Shown here: piece by piece, positions 53,837 to 64,000 of the stretch | Position numbering within the stretch: position 1 is the stretch's first letter | How the letters are laid out: each line of letters starts with the position of its first letter | Assembly (NCBI RefSeq): GCF_026210795.1 | Contig: NC_089436.1 | Location: 1,612,001 to 1,676,000 of the forward strand | Direction: 5' to 3' | DNA length: 64,000 bases | Origin: Rhizophagus irregularis | Lineage: Eukaryota | Notes under the pieces: model-generated | Told to the model about the DNA's origin: nothing | What the model saw: only the letters and a program-made list of their open reading frames with translations | The model's database searches: none | Made by a program: the position numbers and the translations under genes

Positions 53837-54871
53837 TCGATTAGGTATTATTTCCGAGATGGTCTGTCCCGAAAAAATCTTACCTGGTCGGTCGTCTTTT
53901 TTCCGCGAATTCCACCATTTCCTAGCCATGAAGCATATAATCGTAATAAGTACTAGGGTAAGTATAGAATATATTAACATAGGCGGGATCGAGGAGCTTG
54001 TGACGATAGGAGTAGTTGCTAGTAAAGGCACCGCTTCTGCGCCACCTACAGAAATTATTTGAGAAGGATTAAGAGTGGAAGGAGTCCCTTCAGGACCAAG
54101 TTGCGATGAATCATTCATAGGCGGGGGTTGAGGATCTACTTTATTATTTTTTTCCAATTCTAACTGGTCCCTGAGAGACCTATTTTTCTCCATTAATTTT
54201 GATCGTGCCGAATACAAAGCATCTATTTCCCGACTGGTTATCTCATGTGTCGCTTCTATCCCTTTTTCCATACATTCTATTTTATATTCTTTCGAATTAA
54301 GGTCTTCCTTCACTCGTTCCAATTCAAGCCAGAGAGAATCGATCTCTTTACGATCAGATTGGGCTGGATCCTCTATCATCCCTCCCACTGCATTCGAATC
54401 ATGGAGCACCTGTTCTAGTTTCAAGTCATCCAACTTACCTTCCAATTCACGTACTTTAGTTTCAAGAGAAAGAATCTTGGTCTTGTCGGCGGACGAAGCT
54501 TTCCGGGCTAAAGTCCCCTCTCTTTTCAGTGTTTTAATCTTAGATTTGAGCGATTGGATTTCGGCAGTATATTTGGCTTCAAGCTCACGTTGACTCTCAG
54601 TATGAGACTTTCGTTCAGAAATAAGTTGGGATCTAACTTTAGTAGTGGATGCAATTAACTGGCTAGCTTTATTTTCAAACTCCTTTTCTCGCTCATTGTA
54701 CTTATCTACCAGCTTTTCGCTGAGATCATTAATTTCGGCTTTAGATTTGAGAGCGGAATATAATTTTTCTTTAATCTCTTGCTCATTTGCACCACCAAGT
54801 CGTTGACCGACCCCCCTAAAGGAACAATCACTTTTATTATTGATATCTTTCAAAGTATATACATTGGTCAT
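53813..54871 (-). CDS. Coiled-coil protein with C-terminal TM anchor (352 aa)
   Basis: Long heptad region, P/S/T-rich linker, TM MLIYSILTLVLITIICFMA, then basic RKWWNSRKK. Confidence 0.8.
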   Translation of the reverse strand: MTNVYTLKDINNKSDCSFRGVGQRLGGANEQEIKEKLYSALKSKAEINDLSEKLVDKYNEREKEFENKASQLIASTTKVRSQLISERKSHTESQRELEAKYTAEIQSLKSKIKTLKREGTLARKASSADKTKILSLETKVRELEGKLDDLKLEQVLHDSNAVGGMIEDPAQSDRKEIDSLWLELERVKEDLNSKEYKIECMEKGIEATHEITSREIDALYSARSKLMEKNRSLRDQLELEKNNKVDPQPPPMNDSSQLGPEGTPSTLNPSQIISVGGAEAVPLLATTPIVTSSSIPPMLIYSILTLVLITIICFMARKWWNSRKKDDRPGKIFSGQTISEIIPNRLPYKYWR

Positions 54872-55112
54872 AGCCTTTTTTTTTCGGCTTAACTGTTACT
54901 ATAGTAAAAAAAAAAATATGACTAAAAATTTCTGGATCGAATCTACCGAAAATATATCGATAGTACCAAATATACTGAATGAATCGGATGGATCGAATGA
55001 ATCGAATTTATCGAATCTACCGAAAATATATTGATAATACCGAACAAAAATCGAATGAATACTGAAAATATATCGGTATTTTTTCGAAAGATTTTTTCTA
55101 TCCATTTGTAAA

Positions 55113-55568
55113 ATGATTAGGTATTTGCGCTCAGATGCAACCCGTCTATCTTCTGAAGATATTCAGGATATTATTAAAGCCAAAAATTCAATGAAACGGG
55201 CATCAGAAGCCATGGCTAATAAATACAAAATATCAACACGACGGGTATATCAAATTTGGAGAGGAGTCCATCCACAAATAGATCCTAAAGATATAAAGCC
55301 ATTTTCAGAAGAATCTGATACGTATCAGCAAGCAGATCCTGTAGAATGCAATGTTGTTTTGGGGAATAAGGTGAAAAAGACCAGAGGAAAAAAAACTAAG
55401 TCTAAATCCGTTCACATCTTTGAGTCACCTGTTATTCAGACACCACTAGCTTCAATAAGTTCAAAAGGTTTAAATATAAGCAATGAGGAATTAGGAGTAT
55501 TTTATGAGAAAGAAGATAAGAGAGGTGAAAAAGTCACAGAAGGAATAAATAGGATACTAGCCATGTAA
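55113..55568 (+). CDS. Putative helix-turn-helix DNA-binding protein
   Basis: RLSSEDIQDI...ASEAMANKYKISTRRVYQIWRG fits an HTH pattern. Confidence 0.65.
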   Translation: MIRYLRSDATRLSSEDIQDIIKAKNSMKRASEAMANKYKISTRRVYQIWRGVHPQIDPKDIKPFSEESDTYQQADPVECNVVLGNKVKKTRGKKTKSKSVHIFESPVIQTPLASISSKGLNISNEELGVFYEKEDKRGEKVTEGINRILAM

Positions 55569-55681
55569 AAGATGTTTTTCATTTAGTTCGATATAGCGTG
55601 ATAACAACTCCTCACATAGTCCGTTAAGATTTTCTTTAGACTTAAGAGTGCTATATAGCATTTTTTCAAGCTCCTCATAAC

Positions 55682-56557
55682 TCACTTTTTTTTAAATGTA
55701 CCATCTTCGATTAAGTCCTGCGAAATTTTGTCTGGGGTCGAGGAATCATCACATTCGGGAATAGTGGTCGCACAATTCACCTCAAGCTTGTTCTTGACCT
55801 TATGCATATTAATTGGGATAAAAAATTCCTTACCATTACATTCTAGTCTTAATTCTCACTTCGATGCAAGTAAATCATAGTTATATTTATCAAGCAATGT
55901 GTTGGGTAAAATAAGCATCGGCTTAGGATACTTGACGACTGCAAAATCAGCGTATATAGTACATCCAGGAGTGAAATTTACTGGAACATTCCTAACAATT
56001 CCAAGCGACTCTGTAGGAGTAGTAGCAATGTCTCTGAGATCATGTTTTTCTTTTGTATCAATTTCTAGCTTTGATCGTTTGGCTATATCCTTAAACATGA
56101 TTGGAAAATTAGCACCAGGATCAACTGTACCTGCCGGAATCACTAGACGCTTAATTCTACATTTAACAGTGGCAACATCTGTGGCGGGATCTTTTCTCCG
56201 TACAAAATCTATCTCCATAGGAACATCAATGAATTCATCCTCTTCAGAATCAGCCAGTGTTTTAGAATTATCGTTCTGTGAGTGAAGGAGGGCCGTGATA
56301 GTACCAAACTTTTCATTAAGCACCTTCTCAATAATTTTCTCAATGATTTTTTCTAAGCGGGATTGTTCGTCCTGTGGTGGGGACTTTAAACTTTGCTTTT
56401 CCTTCTTGGAAATAGGAACTGATGCGATCCCAGAAGGATCTGCTAAAGGGGGGATCCCAAAGGGACCGGTTATTTCCGCATCTTTTACCTTATGAGACTT
56501 GCAAGTTTTTGATTTCTTCTTCTGTGAGGAGGTAATAGGACTATGTCCTTTCTTCAC
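55682..56557 (-). CDS. Retropepsin-like aspartic protease (one internal TGA at 55856-55858), probably translated by -1 frameshift from Gag
   Basis: GTVDPGANFPIM (D-x-G-A active-site-like), SLGIVRNVPV, ADFAVV, MLILPNTLLDKY; the frame continues past the TGA as ELRLECNGKEFFIPI to a stop at 55682-55684. Confidence 0.72.
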
Positions 56558-59025
56558 TTTTTTTTTACCCGAGATATATTAACATTAATTTCAGCATCAG
56601 CCTCAGCCTCAGACTCTGATTCAGAAGATGAACTCTCAGAGCTAGAAGAACTATCCTCAGACTCCGACGAAGAAGTATCATTATCGGAAGAATCTGAATC
56701 CGATTGTTCGTCTACTCTAGCTGTATGGACTCGACCACTTTTGGATTTTTTCTTCTTAGACTTATTTTTTGATTTCTTTTTCTTTGTTTTAGAAGTTTTA
56801 CAGGCAGGTTTACAGCCACTTTTATGTAACTTTTTAACCGCATTAATTTGTTTGGAAAGCTTAGCATAGTTGGCATTAGCAACACCCAATCTCCGTATTA
56901 ATTCGTCATTAATATAATTATCTAAGGATGTAAGATCTCTTGGTGCATCAGGTGACATTCCCAAACGTACTGCACGTATATACATCTTTTCTAAGGCCTC
57001 ATTATTCTGAGGGTGTACTTGAGCCGGTTGAGCTAGTTGGGTTCGTAGGGAGGCTATTTCAGATTTTAACTTATCAATCTCAGCCGAAGAAGATCCTTGA
57101 GAATTGGTTTTATGTGACGGTTGATGCAGAGTCGTTCCAAGAATTTGCTGGGCGCTATATCTCTCAATTTCCTCTAATTTCTTAATTAATGCAGGAAGAG
57201 GAGTCTCTAAGCCGATTCGTCTTACTTCTATTTGGTTATCAGGCTTAAGACCATGAAAAAATTGTTGTTTAACTAATTCATCTTGATTTATAGCAGGAAG
57301 TAAAGGGTATGCTAATTTAACCATTCTCTTTAAGTTAGCATAGAATCGCCCTACAGGATCATTACCTTGAACAAGCGACTGAAATTTAACTTTAGATTTT
57401 TCAGCAGTAACCGTTGGAAAGTCATGTAAAAAGGTATGTATCTTCTGTCCAACAAACATTCCAAGAACTATAACATTACCACCCGCATTAGCATTTGGTG
57501 CATTTGGAGCTAAAAGTGTCGGGCAACCACCTGATATAGACCAGTCCTCTTCCCAAACAGTATGTCCAGGTACTATTGGATTGGCAATCGCATTATTATC
57601 AGCCGGTACAGTATTTCTTATATGAAGAGCTCCACCCCGAAACTGATTAGCATTAATAGCACGCAATGCATTATTATTAGCCAGACCATTAATGGCACCA
57701 ATATTTGCAAGACCAGTATTATCGCTAATATTTTGCAATTCCCAGTTTCTTCCCTTTATCTCAGTTTCATACCAATCTCTTGCATAATCTTTTAAACCTG
57801 ATTCAAAGAGTCCATCAATACGAATTCGGTGTTGATGACCTGCATTCGGATCGTGATTAGGTGAAGCTTCACACCATTGACGCAAATCTCTTATATAATC
57901 TGCTGGATCTTCACCAGCTAAACCATGAAATTTTGGAGGCGGATATCCTGCCATACCTATATGTTGTATATTAGGTGGGTTATTCTGAAGCGCCAAAATT
58001 TGTCCTTGCAAATTTAAAATATTCTGATCTCTTTGCCTAATCACTAGCTGGAAAACAAACTTTTCACGTAGTAATTCACCGATACGGGTTTGCTTTCTCG
58101 CTATAATGACTAACATCCTATTTACCTGATTTTGGGCATTAGTCTGTAACTGTTGGGTATTTTGCTGAAGACGGTTAGTATCTCGCCGATATAATAGTTG
58201 TTTAGCAAATTTTTCCCGCAATAGTTCCTGGATACGCCTATCTTTATCTCGATATGAAAACATCCAGCGCCTGGATTCTTGTCTTTCATTATTATAGGCC
58301 AGCATAGCCAAGTTCCGCTCTCCTTGAGCATTGTCCCTTTCTCTCACAGTTCTTTCAACTCGAACTCGGGATTCATCTAATAAACGTTGTAACCGTAAAT
58401 TCTGATTTCTACTATCTCTTAACTGATTTCCAAGATCCCGTTCCCGGTTATTCGTATCATTTAATATGTTCTGGTACTGATCACGCTCAGCCGTAATATT
58501 TTGCAAAGTAACCCGAATAGTATTTAATGAACCTCTAATACCATCTATAACATTAGCAGGATTCTGCATAGGCGTACCAACACCTCTAATATGATTTTCT
58601 ATCCGCTCTAGTCCTCTATTAACGTTTGCAATAAGATTAGTCGTTGCCATATCTAAAGCATTTATTGAGATTTTTTTATCTATGAGAATCCGGATTCTTG
58701 CTTTAAGACTCCCAACCTTATTTTCGAGTTCTATGATTCGACCATCTTGAATAGACCCAACCTCATCTTTGAATTTTTTATCCTGTTGTAAAACCCTAAG
58801 CTGTTTTCGCAAGTCAGATATTTCTGATTTAAGTTTCTCTATCTCTTTTTCGTGGGCTATGATAGTATTATCCTGTAATGAGATAGTTCGATAACATTGC
58901 TCAAGCTCCTTCACGAGAGAGCGAACTTTTTTCTCATTGCTCTTATTAATAAAAATCTCATCTTGAAGCTCACTACGAAGTTCCTGATTCGTATCTAAAA
59001 GCTGTGAATATGCCGGATCAAACAT
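56554..59025 (-). CDS. Gag-like protein (823 aa): N-terminal coiled coil, retrotransposon capsid-like domain, basic/acidic tail
   Basis: PPKFHGLAGEDPADYI (capsid N-terminal motif) and FQSLVQGNDPVGRFYANLKRM...QQFFHGLKP (major-homology-region-like); poly-K then poly-S/E tail. Confidence 0.75.
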   Translation of the reverse strand: MFDPAYSQLLDTNQELRSELQDEIFINKSNEKKVRSLVKELEQCYRTISLQDNTIIAHEKEIEKLKSEISDLRKQLRVLQQDKKFKDEVGSIQDGRIIELENKVGSLKARIRILIDKKISINALDMATTNLIANVNRGLERIENHIRGVGTPMQNPANVIDGIRGSLNTIRVTLQNITAERDQYQNILNDTNNRERDLGNQLRDSRNQNLRLQRLLDESRVRVERTVRERDNAQGERNLAMLAYNNERQESRRWMFSYRDKDRRIQELLREKFAKQLLYRRDTNRLQQNTQQLQTNAQNQVNRMLVIIARKQTRIGELLREKFVFQLVIRQRDQNILNLQGQILALQNNPPNIQHIGMAGYPPPKFHGLAGEDPADYIRDLRQWCEASPNHDPNAGHQHRIRIDGLFESGLKDYARDWYETEIKGRNWELQNISDNTGLANIGAINGLANNNALRAINANQFRGGALHIRNTVPADNNAIANPIVPGHTVWEEDWSISGGCPTLLAPNAPNANAGGNVIVLGMFVGQKIHTFLHDFPTVTAEKSKVKFQSLVQGNDPVGRFYANLKRMVKLAYPLLPAINQDELVKQQFFHGLKPDNQIEVRRIGLETPLPALIKKLEEIERYSAQQILGTTLHQPSHKTNSQGSSSAEIDKLKSEIASLRTQLAQPAQVHPQNNEALEKMYIRAVRLGMSPDAPRDLTSLDNYINDELIRRLGVANANYAKLSKQINAVKKLHKSGCKPACKTSKTKKKKSKNKSKKKKSKSGRVHTARVDEQSDSDSSDNDTSSSESEDSSSSSESSSSESESEAEADAEINVNISRVKKK

Positions 59026-59074
59026 GGTATTTCATCCTAATTTATAGTACTATCATAATAATCCTACCTTGAGA

Positions 59075-60719
<1,645 letters not shown>

Positions 60720-60778
60720 ATCGGAGAGAAATATTTTCTTGATAGGTTTAGAATATCATTAGTAAAAGATAGTTCAAC

Positions 60779-61555
60779 ATGAAAATAAAGAAACTTGAGC
60801 CAGTTGAAAGGCTGGTATACCATATTAACGAGATCAAAGATGCCCAAAAATACAATGCCAATTCGAGTGTTCCCCAATGGCCTTTCACATTACTAATTTC
60901 AGGCCGTACTAATTCAGGGAAGACTAATGAGGTTCTCAATCTCATGCTTGGAAATAAGCTTTATCGAATGTTTAATGGGAAGAAAGGAGGGACGCGTTAT
61001 ATCAAGAATGATGATTTGCTATTAATTGGCCACAATCTTGAGGAGCCGAAATATATGTACCTCGAATCGGCGTATCAGATAATTGCAAATAGTCTAAGGC
61101 CATATCGTGAAAATATCACATTCCGGGCTTTGGAGCCTAATAAGATTCCTAAGATAAATTCATTTTTTCCAAAAACTGGTACGGTGGCTATATTCGAAGA
61201 TGTATGTGCTGATCCAAAGGAAGTGCAAAAGAAAATTATTCCTTATTTCATTGAAGGACGCCATTACAATGTCAGTTCGATATATGTATCCCAGAGTTAC
61301 TTTGACTGCCCAAAGATAATACGAAAAAATCTTACACATGTCTGCCTATTTAACGGGTCCTGCACTACGGACGAGCTAGTTAGAATTGTGCGTCAATATG
61401 CCAATGACTGGCGTAGTGTGATTAAGATTATTGACAAGGCTTTATGTGAACATAAATTCATTGTTTTTGATTTAACAGTACCCCGCGAACACCCACATAG
61501 GATACGCCTCGGCTGGGACCAAATTCTTGAAAAAAGTGCCCTAGCTAATGAATAG
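60779..61555 (+). CDS. A32/FtsK-HerA-type DNA packaging ATPase
   Basis: Walker A GRTNSGKT, Walker B VAIFED, and [13 protein letters not shown]...PKIIRKN motifs typical of Polinton/NCLDV packaging ATPases; intact ORF. Confidence 0.88.
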   Translation: MKIKKLEPVERLVYHINEIKDAQKYNANSSVPQWPFTLLISGRTNSGKTNEVLNLMLGNKLYRMFNGKKGGTRYIKNDDLLLIGHNLEEPKYMYLESAYQIIANSLRPYRENITFRALEPNKIPKINSFFPKTGTVAIFEDVCADPKEVQKKIIPYFIEGRHYNVSSIYVSQSYFDCPKIIRKNLTHVCLFNGSCTTDELVRIVRQYANDWRSVIKIIDKALCEHKFIVFDLTVPREHPHRIRLGWDQILEKSALANE

Positions 61556-62289
61556 AATCCCCCCTCAAAGCTATTAATGAAGTGAGACGAAATGTATATT
61601 TTTTCTGGATTTCTAGATCATGTTCAGATTCACTATGCCTCTTCGCCCATAATTTCCTTTCATGAGTGTTAGAATATATTTCCGGTTCTATAGTCACATC
61701 ACTATGCTCCGTTTTAGAAAGGATCTGATCAACAAGAGCGATAATTTTCCTATCCTTAACAGAAATAATATCCTCCTGATGCTGGCATTTATTCTCTAAC
61801 ATGTCAATGGACTTTTCTGCCGATGCAATAGCTTTCTTCGTATCAGGAATTATACTTTTGAATAAAGCTATCGAATCTGATAATTGGGTGACTTTCTCGC
61901 CACTCTCCTCCAAAGACCTGGTCATAGCTACCTCACGAGACTTATACTGCTCTTGCAATTCGAGAAGCTCTTCAATCTTTTTTTCCAATACCTGCTTTGA
62001 TATACACAATTCCTCATTTTCTTGCCTTAACGAAGTTTCACAGTCGCTAGTAATGGGCTTCATCTTCTGATGCTCTTTTTGCTTAATATAATTTCCAACC
62101 GCCTTATTTAACAAATCTTCCACTTCGGGATGGATACTACTTGCCTGTTCTATTGATAATGGATGTTTTCGTGAAGTAAGACGTCGCCATACATCTATTT
62201 TGATGGAATGAGGGAGCTGGTTAAGTTGCTTTGAGTAATATACGTGAAAAGATGGTGTTAGTATACCGGTCGTTGTTACTGGCCGTAGC
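61545..62289 (-). CDS. Coiled-coil hypothetical protein (probably a last exon)
   Basis: The frame is open from about 62289 (preceded by an acceptor-like TTAG) to the stop at 61545; heptad-rich. Confidence 0.55.
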
Positions 62290-62491
62290 TAATAAAAAAT
62301 TTTGAGAATTTTATAGATTCAGAAATTTTATAAGAAAATTTTGAGAATTTCCCCCAAAGGTGCTTTGCTACGCGCCAATATCACGGATTGCGTCACATCA
62401 GATAGGGGATCTGCTAGAAAACTCCGATTGGCAAAAAATTCACGTGATTTTGGCAGGGGTGTCCCGGCTGAAATCTGCCAAGAATACATGA

Positions 62492-62692
62492 TCACGTCTT
62501 TCGTGATACAGATAATAAGTTTTTAACTATTTCGTTTTGTAATTGCTTATCTTCCAATTTCGCAATTCTGGCCTTAAGCTCAGCATTCCTGGCTTCAATC
62601 TCAGCAAACTTCTTTCTAAGTTCGGCATTCTCGACTTCGAGCCTGGCAATGCATATTTTCAATGAATCGGTCTCATCTATTTCAGATTGCAT
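62492..62692 (-). CDS. Short MQSEID coiled-coil protein or first exon
   Basis: MQSEIDETDSLKICIARLEVENAELRKKFAEIEARNAELKARIAKLE; related to the copies at 23333 and 15186. Confidence 0.55.
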   Translation of the reverse strand: MQSEIDETDSLKICIARLEVENAELRKKFAEIEARNAELKARIAKLEDKQLQNEIVKNLLSVSRKT

Positions 62693-62913
62693 GCTTGCGT
62701 AATGTAGTATTAGTATGTTAATATTCAAAAATAAAAAACAGTTCCCTGAGGGAACGATCGGTCATGTGATTTTCCCTCACGGCCCGTAAGCGAAATTTGC
62801 CAAGAAAAAATATTGTATAGTACATGAGAATATATGTTTGTGAAATCGACCACCAGGGTCAGTTTTTATTATAATACAAAATAATAGTACATCCATAATC
62901 GAAGGAGCTAAAG

Positions 62914-64000
62914 CTAAAGAATTATCTCATCTATAATTTCGCAGTACTGGTCAGTAGTATCCCGAAACCTAGCGCTCATCCGAACATTTTTAAAGTCCCT
63001 GTCATGCCAAAAATGGACGACATTTAATCCCTTCTCTTGAAGCTTCTCAGATGGCCAATACGGATTAGTTACAACATAATCTTCACGGGAGAAGTGTACA
63101 ATCCAGATCTCTCGGGGATGGAGTTGCTCTTTATACTTAAACACTTGCTCAAAATGCCCATCCAATTTTGAAATTGAAGCCGTCGCTAACAGTTCAAGAA
63201 GAGCTTCCAGATGGGGATTTTCAGGCTTCTTTATGGTTAGGTCGCAATAGAGGTGATAGTAGTCCCCATCATCACAAACTTGTTCGAGGTGCCACTGACC
63301 AGTGATCTCATATCCATGGATCTTTCTTAACCAATTCACTAGGACCCGGTACATCTCTGCATCGTATGTACTTTCTTGGAACTTTGATATAATGTTCGAA
63401 TTCTGTCCCTGTGGAAATGATTGGAACTTTTGTATGAGCGGGAGGATCCTAGTGCTATTATACCTTGGTCGAAATCACGTACTGCGGTCTTTAAAATCTC
63501 CAAAATGTCTATAGATTTATCATCCCGTAATGGGATATCTGCAGAAGCATCCAAAACTTTGCTAATACTTCGTTTTTTAGCGATAGGGGTGGAAGAAACT
63601 AATGAATCTGACTTTGAGGAGACCGGCTTCTCTATTATCTCTTCTTGCAGGTTAGAAGTATCAGCTAAAGGTTTGCGACCTTTTTTTCCACTAACCTATA
63701 TAAAAGTAAACCCCCTCAGTAATAAGTATCATCATTGGGGGATAATGAAATAAAAAAAATAATATTTTTTAGAATGGTGATACTAGAAGTAACGACCATA
63801 TGGGATGCTCCTATATGAACCCATCTGCCCAAACACGGAATATTACTCAGTATACTTTTATCAAAAGGAAGGTACATAACCGAATCCTCCTCCAGAAACA
63901 GTAGACCTTTAATAAAAAGTATCGCCAAATAATCTCACAACATCTAACAGAATGAATATGCTAAAACACTGCAATAACCGAGGGCTTATATATCCCCAAG
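62914..64000 (-). pseudogene. 3' part of a Crinkler-associated-like protein with C-terminal restriction-endonuclease-fold domain, frameshifted
   Basis: YDAEMYRVLVNWL...HLYCDLTI...LELLAT...HFEQVFKY...WIVHFS; broken into several frames; 5' end is beyond the window. Confidence 0.5.

Noticed and set aside
55899..58331. Antisense and alternative-frame ORFs overlapping Gag/protease (also those over PolB, integrase and host genes)
   Set aside because: Shadows of the real coding frames with no independent motifs.

Overview
AT-rich, intron-containing eukaryotic DNA. Intron style, gene families and repeat load suggest an arbuscular mycorrhizal fungus (Glomeromycota, Rhizophagus-like); this assignment is an inference. 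Host genes: a 5-exon CBA1/BtuF-like substrate-binding membrane protein (2007-3844), a large multi-exon secreted/multi-TM protein (30236-33906), and two paralogous 2-exon CxxC/coiled-coil genes (37984-38678, 40785-41634). 5.8-14.4 kb is a four-level nest of DNA transposons with readable TIRs and TSDs. The main discovery is a family of Polinton/Maverick-like integrating DNA elements with an unusual composition. It is present as a large copy (47535 to beyond the window end), a 4.9-kb polymerase-less copy with both ends (8653-13573) and a small fragment (46732-46907). The large copy has a Polinton-type rve integrase (ancestrally fused to a Zn-ribbon/PD-(D/E)XK nuclease) and an A32/FtsK-type packaging ATPase. 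In place of the usual protein-primed PolB, jelly-roll capsid and adenain protease, it carries an asfarvirus-type family-B DNA polymerase and a retroelement-type Gag plus retropepsin joined by A-AAA-AAG slippery sites, with no reverse transcriptase visible. Its ends are 33-34-bp palindromes that remain palindromic despite divergence between copies, and two iteron-like blocks lie upstream of the polymerase. All protein family calls are from motif recognition; no searches were run.
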